Source: Mercenaria mercenaria (lineage: Eukaryota). From it: 64,000 bases of DNA. This document shows, one piece after another, positions 1-13,439 of the stretch. The stretch's first letter is position 1. Every line of letters starts with the position of its first letter. Under the pieces are notes generated by a model. It saw only the letters and a program-made list of their open reading frames with translations. It did not search any database and had not been told where the DNA came from. Made by a program: the position numbers and the translations under genes. The stretch is from positions 62,975,754 to 63,039,753 of the forward strand of contig NC_069372.1 of assembly GCF_021730395.1 (NCBI RefSeq), read 5' to 3'.

Positions 1-2518
1 GATATTTAAAGGATTTTCTATTTTCAGCTCTGGTGACCAAAAGGGGTCTCGAGGAACCATTGAACAAACTTGCAAGGGGTCCATGCCAGGATGCTATCCA
101 CTCTGACCTGTCGTTTCTGGGCAGAAAAGTTTTATGTAAAATGTTCATGTGGGACAAAGGATAAAGAACAAAGGGCACCAGACCACCAAAAACGACTTAG
201 TAGTTTGTTACTTACAGTTCCTGATGTTATATTCAGATCTACTGTAGACACCATTGTAGATATTTCATTACCATCAATCTTGGCCTTTAGTGTTGCCTGA
301 AATTATCATTGTTACAGTAATGAATTGTACTGAATCAACTTACACTTGCTATAATTACTCATTTATTAATAGATTTAGCTTGAAATCTTATTTAGAATAT
401 GAAAATACTCTGCTATTTAAGGAGGTAGGTTACCTTCATATTTGTATGTGCGCATGTCCAACCGGAAGCTAATGTGACGATTTACGACGACGTTTACGAC
501 AAACTAAATGTGTTTGTATATTCATTCTTCTGATAACAAATCATGAATTTGTCTTCGATCTGATGCTTTATGGTTTAATAATGCAGAAATAATGAATAAA
601 TTGCCGCAGAAACGCTTCAAAACAATGTTGCCTTAAAATGACGTCATTGACGTCATGACGTTACGTGTCAGTTACCGCGCAAAATTAATAGCTTTTATCT
701 TGAAAGTACGTAATTCTGTACATTTTCTTTATTTTAACTATTTTCAACTAACCATTATTTGCTGAAATATTTTTTATGAGTCTTTTGCTCTGAATAATAA
801 TCAATATTTTGCTTCCTTTATGTAGTTATATTGAAATGTTATGCGGAATGTAAGAAAATGGATGATGGCAACCAATGTTATTTGGAATATAGTTGGGTGA
901 AAGGTTACTTGTTACGGCCATTTTCAAATAGAAAGTCTAGCAGTTTGATTTGTAATACCTATTTTTCAGGTTCCATTGATAATTTTTTACTTACATACTA
1001 AAACTAAGATCTAAAATTGTTCAAATTTCAGTAGAAAATTGTGGTTTCTTGAATTGAATTGATGTTACCATGGAAACGAAGCCCGTGACCTATGTATCTA
1101 AATGTAAAATTCAAAAGCGTTGACACTGGTCTATTTAAGAAACACAGCTTCGGCTTTTTATTTTCATTTCAACAATATCCATGAGAATAACAGCAGCACG
1201 CGGAACGATTTTTCCATGAAAAATGGCAGACGAGGGGTACTGCTGTACGTATTCTAAGCTGTGAAATTTGTTTAAATAAATGTAAATAACACGAAAATGT
1301 AACCTACATTACAAATAGTATGTTTTAAAGCTACATCAACTAGAAAGATAATCTTATTCAATATTTTTTTTTTAAGAAATTACGACAAACAGCACGATAT
1401 TCTATTTTAAACATCTCTGTTGCCATGGTTACTTTAAAATTTAAGAAAAATAGGGTACCATGTAAAGTGTTTGGTATTTTGCTAATAATATTACCCAAAT
1501 ATTTCATGTTGGTCATTAACAGAATGACACTGAAGCCGTCGAAAACCCCTATTTTTATACATAGTTGTTTAAAAATGAGAGAAAATGCGTTACCATGGAA
1601 ACACGAGCCCCGCGACATATACATTTTAAGCTTTTATTAGAAAGATAACGTGCATACCAGTAAAATTATCAATTATGCAGACTTCTACGGATATCAATGA
1701 AACTAAAATACACTGAAAAGTGTTAAATATCCGTATTTTCCTTCTTCTTTCAATATGAAATACCTTTGGAGGGTCATGTTCTTTAAACCTGGATAAAAAT
1801 TGAACTTGAAGGGACAGAGACAAACGAAATTGAGATTGTAGCAGTTAAAACTTCATATTACACGAAATACAAAAACATGCTGCGGTTCAACTAATTTGAA
1901 TTTACCCTTGTAACAAGGTATCCTACCTCCTTAAGACATTTCAAAAGTTACTTTCTTTCATTCATAAGCTGTCTTAAAAGTGTAGAAAGAGTAGAGCTCA
2001 AGATTATTTCTTTAAAATATCAAAAATCTTTCCATAAATAACTTGGTATTAAAGTTGGAAACATACTTCTACAATGTACAGATGATTAAAAATTAAACAA
2101 ATCAGGTGATGCAGTAAACAATTATTATACATGACAAGTGCAAACTTGAAAAGTACAATAAAAGCTGTGCTAAAGAACACCTCCAAGTAAGGATCATTAT
2201 TATAAATCCTCCTTATAAAGGCCACTATTTTCTCTTCCTTTAGCCATAAAAAGTGTGAATTTACCTGTGCTGAGAGACCACCTGTCAACAAAGGGTGGTC
2301 TTTTCACACAGGTTTAACTGCACTTAATTACCTTGATTCATTCATATGAAAACTTGAAGCCTTAACAGGTGTAGAGGAAAGAATCACAGAAGCAGCGACA
2401 TGACAATCATGCAAGTATAAAAACTTGTCACATTTTTCGAGTCCGCTATTATTCTACTTGGTTGCATTCTTTGCTTCCAGAGGATCTTTTTACAGATTTT
2501 ATTTTACATTTGCCTCAC

Positions 2519-2789
2519 CTGAGTACAGCTCTCTACAAATCCATACACAACTTGTCTACATCCACTGAAGAGACAAGGTATGTGACTGGGTGCTTGTGTT
2601 GGGGGTGTGGCCTTTTCATTGGTCTGGAGCCAATCAACATGCACATTAGATAAGCCAGGCTGACATGCCTTCTCAAGTTGGAAGAGTATTTTCCCTTGCC
2701 ACTGTGATTTGGAATCAGTATTGTAATGTTGGTAGGTTCCTCCGCTGACAGTTGAAATGCTCCGCAATAAATGATGGTTCACTGTTGAG
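2519..2789 (-). CDS. PARP4: PARP4-like exon, post-vWA region (...STVSGGTYQHYNTDSKSQWQGKI...PCLFSGCRQVVYGFVESCTQ)
   Basis: Minus-strand translation aligns to human PARP4 'ILSQCGAGVFEYFNAKSKHSWRKQI...VPSLFRNDRLLVYGFIPHCTQ'. Acceptor tttttcag| at 2790 and donor |gtgagg at 2518; phase 2 in, phase 0 out. Confidence 0.6.
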
Positions 2790-3192
2790 CTGAAAAAAAC
2801 ATGCCTTATCCTACTATATCAATTCAAAATTCAAGAAATTAACAAATATGTGAATTTGAGAAAATATTTTAGGACTTTTTTTTACTGCAGAGACGTGGTA
2901 GATCTAATTTCACTTTGCAATACTTCTAAGATATACTTAGCTGCCAATACATATACAATCATGAATACAATTACAGCGGAAATGCTCTATTGACACCTTT
3001 GACACCTTCAGTTTTTATCTTCAGTGCTTAAAAGACACCTCTGTCAATAATTTGAAAATCTTAAAAATTTAAGCACGTTCAAGTTGTTTATACTGATCTT
3101 TATTTAATTCTTCATTCATTTAATTTTGACTTGAAATTCATTTTGTTATTTGTATCACCAAAAAGTGATCTGGTTTAAAGACTAAGTTATAC

Positions 3193-3383
3193 CTCACTCC
3201 AAGAGTAAATACTCTTATTTTTTGGGAAGTTGTCTTTACTGCCTTCAAAACTGAAGATTCCTGAGTCACATGACCATCTGATATGAGAAAGAGGCTCTGG
3301 CTATGTCCAATAGCAGACAACAGTATCTGTGTGGCATGTAAGGGTTCCCACAATTCTGTGGAGCCAAGATTGGACCTTGCTTC
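3193..3383 (-). CDS. PARP4: PARP4-like exon, vWA domain C-terminal half (GSTELWEPL...LFLISDGHVTQES...KIRVFTLGV)
   Basis: Matches PARP4 'GNTDFWKTLRYLSLLYPARGSRNILLVSDGHLQDE...HTRLFACGIG'. Acceptor ctgttttcag|, donor GTGAG|gtataa. Confidence 0.65.
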
Positions 3384-5139
3384 CTGAAAACAGCAAAGAG
3401 GTAACAATGTCCATTCGACAAGCATTCCCTGCTTTGTAATGTTAGTTAATTTGAATATCCATCAATGTATAAAGAAGTAATAGACGGACAAGAAAAATGA
3501 AATAACCTATTTTTCTATCTGAATACTGAACAGACAAGAAAAAATAAGATGTTTGGCCTCTATGATGTAGTAAGAACTTGAGATTCAGCTGGGGATGTAA
3601 GCCTTGTATGAAACATATTGTCCAGTTAAGATGAATGCTTCTGCCAATATGTTTGATAACACACTGATGCCAAAACATATTTAACCTCTTTGAGTAAGTA
3701 GGCTAGGTCTTGTATGTGACATATCATCCTGTTATGACCCTCAGTAATGATATCTTACCAAGCAAAATAAAGTTCTAGTCTAAATAGGAGTTTTGAATAC
3801 AAACCTAAATATTTTTGCATGCACACACAACTATGCCCCTCACCTTTCAATGGTGATGGCATAAAAATCAGTTTTTTGACAAAAGCTTTGTTTCTAATCT
3901 GATTCTGACCTGTGTTCTCTTTCTGTCAAGCTCTCTCTCAACCTACTGTCTGTGATACTATAAAAATCTGTCAGATCCATTAACAATATAAAATTACCTG
4001 AATAAATTGTTTAGCAAGCTGTGATGAGAAGTTGTTGTATTTCTGTGATGAAGGGAATAATTCTCTGTATGTACTACCAAACACAACAATGTTGAACCTG
4101 CACTGTTGTGGCAAATGATCCATTGCTAAAAGGGCCACCTGAAACAGAAAAGAATTCTTAATTAATCATAAAAACATATCAGGTTGATATCAAATGGGTG
4201 TTGTTAAAGTATGGAATTTATTGGACAAAATGAATAAAATCATATTATTTTAGACTCTGGTCAGTCAGTCCAATACTAGAAACTACACAAATCTAAGATT
4301 CTTGATATTATAAACTCAATAACAAACAACCTAGAGTAAAACATGTTACCATGACAACAAAGACAGTTTGAGTGATATAGCTAATTGATCTTGAGCTTAA
4401 TGAAGAAGAAATATTGGTAAAACTATAGATGTTCCCCAAATTATAATTATTGAATGTTAAAAGAACAAAAGTGCAATTCACTGACTGGGCAAATATCGTA
4501 TGCAAATGTTGACTGATCAAAGGGCAATAACTCAGTGAAAAATTATCCGACCAGAACACAAAGATAATATGCACATCTCCTCTTGATAGTGAAGCTTCCT
4601 AGAAGTATCACTAAATTCAAACCACTGGTTGCTGAGAAATACTCTGGACAATAATATTGGAAAGATGGATGGACAAAGCGGCAATTATATGCTTGACAAA
4701 CAGAAGTTATTTATTTAGGTTTACTCATTTAATTTATATACTACAAGTACAGCCATGAGATATTACCCTACAATAACAATCTTACAGAGTTATAAAATGT
4801 GCGCATTTATGAGATAATAAGTTTATCAACTGTCAAATTCTGATATCAGTTTGAATGTGGAATAAGATCTCAAAAGTGCAAAATAGATCTTCTTCTTCTT
4901 GGCGTTCACCAAAATAGATGTACCTGATATCTCTTCTCTACTGCAGAGTTGTTTCAGCAGGTCATAGGCTTCCCATGAAGGCATAAAATCAGCAATAACA
5001 TGTTACAGTAAAACAATGAACGTCAAAGCCACAAGGTGATGAGCAAAATACTCAGGTAGTCCAGAGTTTCAAGAGATCCAGACATTGGTAGTCCAGAGTT
5101 TCGAAAGATCCAGACATTGGTTCTCAATTGTATTTTTAC

Positions 5140-5259
5140 CTTTTTAGCTTGTTCTTCAGCTGCACCTTTCATTGAATTTGACATGTCAAGAACAATTGTA
5201 ATGTCAGGTTCTGTAACAGATTCTGTCTCAAACTCTGGGTAGAATGTCAGCATACATGC
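5140..5259 (-). CDS. PARP4: PARP4-like exon, vWA domain start with MIDAS motif (ACMLTFYPEFETESVTEPDITIVLDMSNSMKGAAEEQAKK)
   Basis: DxSxS (DMSNS) MIDAS motif. Aligns to PARP4 'EACMLVFQPDL...EVIICLDCSSSMEGVTFLQAKQ'. Acceptor ttgtag|, donor AAAAAG|gtaaaa; 120 nt, phase 0. Confidence 0.7.
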
Positions 5260-5321
5260 CTACAATAGGTAAACATTTCAAAGTGTGACATTTTCTAGTT
5301 ACATGTTGACATTTATATTGG

Positions 5322-6775
5322 ATGTCTCTCAGGCCTAACTAAACTAAAGGAACCAGCGTGGGAGCCATCTGGTCTAGTCGGGTAATGGCTGCCAGGTATT
5401 TGAACACTAATTTTTCACTTGGCATGGCAACAGAGGTCTAAATTGTGGCTAGTTTTTGTTTAAAATTCATTGTGGATGTATTGTTGACATTTTGGTAGGA
5501 AAAATGGGAGAGCAGGTTGTATTTGGTGAAGTCAAGCTCAATTTTAGTATGAGTAGTACTTCCAGGTCACATCAGTGTGATTTTGATGTCAGTTTACAGT
5601 AAGTAAATGTGACCAGAGAAATCTCTCCTAGAAGATACATGACCCCTACTTTTCTCTTCATTTTATATCAGTTTTATCATAACTCTTTAAAATAAGGTAA
5701 GGATTTGTTCTCTGGAATGGGTCTAGCTATGTTTGGTAGCTCTTTGAAAAAGGTCAGTTTTATATAGAATATATAGGGAAAACTGTTTAGGCTATTGTGA
5801 CCTATAAGAAAATGTGGGCAAAAATTGAGATTTGTTCAGATATTGATATAAATGAACTAGTGTGGTCAGATTTTGGTAAAAAATGAGCATTTCATTGATA
5901 TATTGGTGCAAAAAATGATAAAAACCCAAAAAATCACATTTTCACTGTTTTGGGGGTATTTTTTTTAAAAAGTGCAAATTTGCACTCTAAATTATGCCCA
6001 TCTATACCTTTCAGAGGGGACATTTGGTATATTTCAAAGTGTTAATGTGTAATTTGCTTGCAAATTATGGTGAAAATTTATGAAATAGGGCAAAAACCAG
6101 CTCTGGCTAGAACTGGTTAAAAATTGTCGCGACATCAGTTTTGAAGGAAAATTGGCGCAGGGACCCGCGTTACTGAAAATGTCATAAAACCTGGAAAACT
6201 GATTTAATTAAGCTGAAACTTGGTATTTTTCATGCAGATGTGTTACTGGTACTATACAAATGAAATTGAGACTATTACAGAAAAACAGTTTTTCTTATAG
6301 GCCTAACTAAACTAAAGGAACCAGCGTGGGAGCCATCTGGTCTAGTCGTGTAATGGCTGCCAGGTATTTGAACACTAATTTTTCACTTGGCATGGCAACA
6401 GAGGTCTAAATTGAGGCTAGTTTTTGTTTAAATTTCATTGTGGATGTATTGTTAACATTTTGGTAGGAAAAATGGGAGAACAGGTTGTATTTGGTGAAGT
6501 CAAGCTCAATTTTAGTATGAGTAGTACTTCCAGGTCACAGCAGTGTGATTTTGATGTCAGTTTACAGTAAGTAAATGTGACCAGAGAAATCTCTCCTAGA
6601 AGATACATGACCCCTACTTTTCTCTTCATTTTATATCAGTTTTATCATAACTCTTTAAAATGAGGTAAGGATTTGTTCTCTGAAATGGGTCTAGCTGTGT
6701 TTGGTAGCTCTTTGAAAAAGGTCAGTTTTATATAGAATATATAGGGAAAACTGTTTAGGCTATTGTGACCTCTCA
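5322..6775. repeat. ~1.5 copies of a ~975-bp tandem unit: 480-bp direct repeats at 5322-5800 and 6297-6775, ~97% identical
   Basis: Near-identical direct repeats read by eye. The internal 5800-6297 segment is related to 57900-58350. Lies in a PARP4 intron. Confidence 0.7.
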
Positions 6776-7314
6776 GTACCCAAATATTTTGTATTGTAAA
6801 ATATTAACTTCTATAACAGTAAAGAGAAGATATTATTACATTAGTGTCTTTTCATACTGAATTCATTAAACGTGTTAAATAAAATAATAAAATGCCCAGC
6901 TCTGCGAAGTATTTTATCAATTTTATTCAATGAGTTCAAAATTTAACAAATTTAATGTGGAAAGACACAAATGAAATATTCTTTTTATCACATGCAAGCT
7001 TTTCCTGTTGAAACATCAAAATTTCTTCTTTCTTTACCTATTATAGACAAATTAATTTGACCAACGTCTCCTATAAATAAACTATGACAACGTCAAAGCT
7101 TTATTACACTAGTCTAGTGTATTATCAAATGTATGTAATGTCTTTATTTCTATCCCACGACGTTAAGTATGTGATAAAACATAATTATATAATATGTTCA
7201 TTGTAAATTGCATACAGAACTGCAAAAGTGTATGTGAATAAAGATGCAGATACAAAAGAACAGTTCTGTGATGTAGGAAATTATGTTATATTGTAATTTA
7301 ATAAAATGATAAAC

Positions 7315-7449
7315 CTGTGTATTATCTGTTGGATGTCTCTCCACCCACATTCTGGGAACATGGACCTCAGCCAGATATACATACAGCTGGAAACCATCAT
7401 CAAATTTACTCTTCTTGGGAAGGGAGATAACTGCTTTTGTTGCTGTTTT
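7315..7449 (-). CDS. PARP4: PARP4-like exon (KTATKAVISLPKKSKFDDGFQLYVYLAEVHVPRMWVERHPTDNTQ)
   Basis: Aligns to PARP4 'KAVISTMEGSSLDSSGFSLHIGLSAAYLPRMWVEKHPEKESE'. Acceptor atttcag|, donor ACACAG|gtttat; 135 nt. Confidence 0.6.
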
Positions 7450-8492
7450 CTGAAATATAAAGTTTTGTTAGGTTAACTGTCTCCCTTTCTCAAGTTCTCC
7501 AGAGGTATCTGGCAATTTTACAACACCCTTACCATGCTTGACATGATTGATTCTGCCTTTGCGACCAGTGTAGATCATAATCACCCTGCACATCCTTGCA
7601 GTCTGATCATGATCTGCACTGTATGCCATTCAGTCAGTATCTTTTTGGTATGCACCCTTTTTAACATTAAATGGTGCTGTCCAAACTGACAGATGGACAA
7701 GTTCATTATAGAAATTTAGCAGGGTAAGGGGCAGACAAATAACTTAAGACATATTATATTTAGACAAGATATCATTGTAATCTGTCAAACTGGGACATCA
7801 TTTAAAATTTGCTGGGTCTCATACAATCTATGGTTCTATCATACTGACAACACTAGTAGGCAACAGCCTTTTTAAGGAAGAGATATTACTTCTACTACTT
7901 AAGGCTATTTCCTGATACAAAATACAGTCAAACCTGTAATAAGCAGCCAGCCAAGGAAGGGACACATCTCTCGCTACTTAAGGCAAGTGACTGCTTAAAT
8001 CAGGTGGAAATATAACAAATATTAAGTTTAAAAGCTGGCTGACTGACTGCATAAGGTGGTAGATAAGGTATTCTTGCATACCAGATGGGGATTTCTGGTG
8101 ATTTCACCGGTGCTGGAAAACTCCATCTTACACCCCGGGGCGACGTATAACGAACTACATATGTACAGATGATGTGTGTAGTAATAATAATGTTTTTCGT
8201 AAAACGGATAAAAATTAAATACCTTGATATTTCCTCTTTGTTCCTTATAGCATATTTCTCGATTCAAAAAACGTTATTTTAAGGAAATAACATAACGTTT
8301 CATTGCAGATGATAAAACAAAACCAGAACTCTTACATTGTTTTCGTCTCTGTAACGTCATGATGTACTTCCTGTTTATGGACGTAAAGTTCCCGCGCTTT
8401 GTTAATACGCTACTACAAGATTTGTTTGAATTTAAGTTTTACTCTTCTTTGTTGAATATGGTATGCAAGAAAAAGATTTTATCACTGGCTGT

Positions 8493-8605
8493 AGGTGCAG
8501 ATGGGAATATCCGGCTCTCGGGTAACTGTTTATGCGGTCTCTCGGCTGGAGCCTCGTAACTGCCTAAACAGTTACCCTCGAGACCGGAAATTCCCATCTG
8601 CACCT
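8493..8605. repeat. Near-perfect ~48-bp-stem hairpin / inverted repeat
   Basis: ggtgcagatgggaatatccggctctcgggtaactgttta ... taaacagttaccctcgagaccggaaattcccatctgcacc. Confidence 0.7.
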
Positions 8606-8667
8606 ACAACCAGTGAAAGAATCTTATAAAATGTGAAGAGAGCAGAACATTAACTTAAATGTCTGAC

Positions 8668-8790
8668 CTTACACTTGACCCTGTGAGAAGGTGACTGTAT
8701 CTTCCTGATGTCAAAGGGCATCTCTATGGCAACCATTAGAGAAATATAACATCTCTTGTTGTCTGACACTTTGACTGAATCAGTAGTGGT
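8668..8790 (-). CDS. PARP4: PARP4-like exon (TTTDSVKVSDNKRCYISLMVAIEMPFDIRKIQSPSHRVKCK)
   Basis: Aligns to PARP4 'SFSLTMSIEMPYVIEFIFSDTHELKQKRTDCK'. Acceptor ccttttacag|, donor TGTAAG|gtcaga; 123 nt. Confidence 0.55.
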
Positions 8791-9822
8791 CTGTAAAAGG
8801 AGAGTAAATCTGTAAATATTAATTCAAACAAAGTTTTTCAAGCATGTGAGATTACTTCAAAGACATGTATTCATAAATATCTCAAAAGGATCATGTAATA
8901 ATAAGAATTTAATTTATGACTTTTCTGTGCCTTCTAGCAATATTGGCCCACCTTGTGCCTTAACTGCCCGAGGTCTTTAGCCCAAGGTCCATTACAAAAC
9001 TATGTGTGTTATTATGGCTAGGAGGCACACACAAGCCATTTATAGATCTTTTTATTATATTCATTATCTTCATATTTCTCTTAGTATTTTCATTCATCAT
9101 ATTTTCTACAGACTTATAAGTATAATGTATTGATTTTTTTTTCATCCACTATGCCATCAATATCTGACAATCTTATCTGAAAATGTTCAGCACTCTCTCA
9201 TCTGCATTACTGACATTGCTACATGTTTTTAACCACAGAATGCAACAACATTACAATTGCCAAGGGCCACTTTGCTTATAGCTAAAGATGCACACTGCAC
9301 CATTATGGATCCACAAATCATGGCCATAATGACCATTTTCAAGGATGTTTGTGTTACTATTTATAGTATCACATGAAATAGTAAATGACTATTTCCTGGT
9401 AAAAGGTATTTTACTTTTAATTAGATGTTGCTCCCTTGGTGCTAACCATCTAGACAATTATAATATAACACATGTATATCACTTATACAGTAAAACCTTG
9501 AATGCTTGGGGTCACCAGGGGGACAATCAAAATGGTCAAGTTACCCAGGAAACAAAGAAGATGTAAGCAAAAACAATAGTAAACCACATGATTTCCTTGA
9601 GCAAGCCTCGGTTCTTAAAGCATTGATGCTCATGCAAGCAATATTTCAATGTATTATGAAATATGGCCTGGGCAAACTCTACTAAAACATTAATAAGAAG
9701 ACATAATTGCATTTTTCATAGACCTGAGAAGTATTGAATTATGTGTACAAAAGTTTTCTTTTAACAACTGCTTTAAAGAATGGAATATTACTTTGTTTTA
9801 CTCAGTTTTATTTCACACTTAC

Positions 9823-9987
9823 CTGTGTTTTTTGAGAAAGAGCTCCATCTCGTAACCATGGTGCAACTGATGCAGGAATGTTAAATGTGATTGCCTCCCC
9901 TTGAACTTGTAGCTCCGAAATATATGTAATCTTGATAAGAACATCTGATTTTGGTGGCAAATTGCCAACACTAACAGAGAACACATT
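9823..9987 (-). CDS. PARP4: PARP4-like exon, VIT domain C-terminal part (NVFSVSVGNLPPKSDVLIKITYISELQVQGEAITFNIPASVAPWLRDGALSQKTQ)
   Basis: Near-identical to PARP4 'DVFTVSVGNLPPKAKVLIKITYITELSILGTVGVFFMPATVAPWQQDKALNENLQ'. Acceptor cattgcag|, donor CACAG|gtaagt; 165 nt. Confidence 0.8.
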
Positions 9988-10194
9988 CTGCAATGTACAT
10001 TTTCTTGCATTTTTAAATTAGTCTTAAAATTTATTTGTTCATTAAAGCTTCTTGCCTACAGTTGTGAAGAAATATTTTCAACATGTTCATTTTCAGCAAG
10101 TGTGGCACAGTGTATATGACCCTGAAAAATGAAGAAGTGAATTGAAGTAAGTGTCAGATATTAGTAAAAAAACAAGAGGGTCATGATGACCCTG

Positions 10195-11480
10195 GATCGC
10201 TCACCTGAGTAATATGAGCTACATGTTTCAAATGTCAAAATGATGATTTTTAGAAAAATTTTGGGAAGATTTTCCGATGTACAATCAAGTAACCCTCGGG
10301 GCAGGGCCAATTTTAACCCAGGGGTCATGATTTGAACAAAGTTTGTACAAGTCTACTAGGCAATATTACATATCAAATATCTAAGATCTAGGCCTTCTGG
10401 TTTATGTTTAGCAAATTTATGAAGATTTCTCTATGTACAAACAAGTAACCCCTGGGCTGGGTCAATTTGACCCTGGGGGTCAGATTTCAATAAATTTGTA
10501 AAAGGTCCACTAGGCAATGCTACATGTCAAATATCTAAGCTCTAGGCCTTCTGGTTTATTTTAGAAATTTTGAAGATTTTTCTATGTACAATCAAGTAAC
10601 CCCATGGGTGGGTCAATTTGACCCGGGGGTCATGATTTGAATAAATTTTGTAGAAGTCACTAGGCAATGCTACATGTCAAATATCTAAGATCTAGGCCTT
10701 CTGGTTTATTTTTAGATTTTTTTAAAGATTTTCCTATGTAAAATCAAGTGACCCCTGGGCTGAGGTCAATTTGACCCCGGGGGTCATGATTTGAACAAAT
10801 TTTGTAGAGTCCACTAGGCAATGCTAAAGTGAAATATCTAAGCTCTAGGCCTTCTGGTTTATTTTTAGAAATTTTTTGAAGATTTTCCTATTAAAATCAA
10901 GTGCCCCTGGGCGGGTCAATTTTGAACCCGGGGTCATGATTTGAACAAACTTGGTAGAGGTCCACTAGGCAATGCTTCACACCAAATATCTAAGCTCTAG
11001 GCCTTCTGGTTTATTTTTAGAAAATTTTTGAAGATTTTCCTATATAAAATCAAGTGTCCCCTGGGGCGGGGTCAATTTTGAACCCGGGGTCATGATTTGA
11101 ACAAACTTGGTAGAGGTCCACTAGGCAATGCTTCACACCAAATATCTAAGCTCTAGGCCTTCTGGTTTATTTTTAGAAAATTTTTGAAGATTTTCCTATT
11201 TGAAACAAGTGTCCTGGCGTGGTCAGTTTTGACATAACGGGGTCAGATTTGGGAATGTGAATCTTGTGTTTAAGAGGATTCTTTACAACTGTTCACAACC
11301 CCACACGACACGACATCTAAGCTCTAGCTCTCGTTTTGAGAAAAAAAGGATCATTAAGATTTTCTCATACTAAAATATAGTACCCACTCGGGTATTTGTT
11401 TTTACCCGGGTTCATTTTGACAAATTTGGTAAGCACCATAGGCAATTACACACCAAAAAATTAAGCTCTAGGCATACTGT
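10195..11480. repeat. Satellite array, ~150-bp unit x ~8; preceded by terminal palindrome aacaagagggtcatgatgaccct
   Basis: Recurring '...ctaggcaatgctacatgtcaaatatctaagctctaggccttctggtttattttag...gggtcatgatttgaacaaa...'. Confidence 0.8.
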
Positions 11481-12593
11481 TTTAGACAAACAGAACTTTT
11501 TTAATGTTTTTCTTTCGGTTGCTATGCAACAGAATGTTCTGTATGAATTCATCTTTAAAAATTTTGAAATGCTGCCATGCCCAGGATCAAAATTCATGTG
11601 AATGTTGGGTTTAATTTTTTTTTTTCAATGAAGAAATTTTTTTCAACTGTTACATTAGGACTGATCATATATGACATTAATACAAATATCACCTATCATT
11701 CGTTTGCAGTGATTGCGTAAACAAGGGATGTTGATTTGTCTTTTATTTCTGACAACATTACAGTTCCAACTCAAGTAGTTTTGTTATTTTAAATTCCTTT
11801 GCAAAATAAGGATAAGTCCAGTTACTTCATCCATTTTTTAAGACAAAAAGAATTTTGAAAAAAAAAAAAAACTGAGAACCAGTCACTTTAAGGCAGTGAA
11901 TCAGTACTTTCCGTGCAACTGTGCATTATTCAAATCATTTTGGGGCATTCTTTAGTGGTTACACCAACATGGCTTTAACAGTGCTGTTTATTAACTGTAT
12001 AGAAAAGTCAAAGTCAAAAGAATCATCATATATTCTGTTTAGACATCATATTAATGAGAAAAATGACCCTTGTCAGAAAAGTTGTTGTATTAAACTAGGT
12101 GCTCTTCAGATATTTATGTTAGGGACTTCAGACCATTACAAACTCTTTTTTTTTGCAAGAAACAAATCACTCTGTATCAAAATTCAGCAACTGTTTCCTG
12201 CAGAGTAATAACAGGCTTCTAAATCTGTGAAATATCTCCTCTGCAGAATTTGTGCATATTTCAAACCTATACTTACACATTACATATATTGAGGATATTT
12301 GTTTATTTCACTGTAAGATGAAATATCTTTCACGCGTGAACACCAGATGCAATATCTTCACGAGCTGCATAGCCACAAATGAAAATGTAAGATATGGTGT
12401 TCATGAGAGAAAGATATTTTTTTATCTTACATGTAAAACTTTATTTCACGTTTTGACTAAATTTACCCATTTCGCAGTTTCTTACCAGTGAAAAATATAT
12501 TTTGATATTTTTGACTCGTACCAAGTTTGGTTTTAATATTCCTAAGACAGTACCACACAATTGCAGCATTATAATTGGTTATACTATACATAC

Positions 12594-12685
12594 TGGTGTT
12601 TCCTCTTCCATCAAGTAGGCACCATCACCCCTGGCAACTGCCTCTTTGTACTCCTTCCTAGCTTTACTCTTCTCTTTTACCTCAC
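12594..12685 (-). CDS. PARP4: PARP4-like exon, VIT domain middle (GEVKEKSKARKEYKEAVARGDGAYLMEEETP)
   Basis: Aligns to PARP4 'GEIKEKEEAQQEYLEAVTQGHGAYLMSQDAP'. Acceptor ttttgtag|, donor CCA|gtatgt; phase 1 in, phase 0 out. Confidence 0.75.
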
Positions 12686-13095
12686 CTACAAAATATATAC
12701 AGGTATTGTACATCAAAATGAAAATCCTCTACTAGAAAAAAAGAGCTGCAAATCATAGCAAAACAGATCACATGCTAAACTGATGTAATAGCATAAAAAC
12801 AGAAAGGAACTGTTTTGTCAACAAACATGGTTTTATTGAACTTATTTCGAATTTATACAGTAGACTAGTAGCGACAATCGGCCACTTCAGTGTATTTACT
12901 CATTTTGAAATACTATTCCTGAATTCCTTTGCCGCTGTATTGAAGCATATAGCTTTCTGTAACAATTGGCAAAAACTGAAAAGGACATACAGAGAATACT
13001 ATGTAGTCACTTCAAGCTATTTACTTTAAACCTTCCAATGTGCATAGTAAATGTTAGTCAATTTAAAAGAAATACTTAATTATAATAACCCTTAC

Positions 13096-13222
13096 CTATA
13101 ATATGTTTCCCATTAATAAAAGCCTCAAATCCACACACGGCTGCAGTATCATCCAGTGGAAATACATACTTGGCTTCTATAGCTGTGTCATTATCATTCC
13201 TGTATGCTTGTAGTACCACAAC
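13096..13222 (-). CDS. PARP4: PARP4-like exon, VIT domain start (VVVLQAYRNDNDTAIEAKYVFPLDDTAAVCGFEAFINGKHII)
   Basis: Near-identical to PARP4 'VIVFQTYTNKSHVPIEAKYIFPLDDKAAVCGFEAFINGKHIV'. Donor TATAG|gtaagg. Confidence 0.8.
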
Positions 13223-13439
13223 CTATACAAATATAAACTTTATATAATCTCTGTTTATGTGTCATAAATCAGCAGCAACTTCTACAAACCTTTCCAACTG
13301 ACTGAGACTATAGAAAATTCATATGCAAGGTGATTTAATTCAAGAACTTAAGGTTAGTATTAGCCCAACAATAATTGGATGCTTTTATAGTCATGGTTCA
13401 GCATTTCAGACAGAAGATGATTGAAATTAAAATGTAACT

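Noticed and set aside
4922-4995. Candidate vWA exon (ADFMPSWEAYDLLKQLCSREE) resembling PARP4 'NTDFWKTLRYLSLL'
   Set aside because: The same PARP4 segment is already encoded, with much better identity, by the exon at 3193-3383 (GSTELWEPLHATQILLSAIG). This was a chance similarity.
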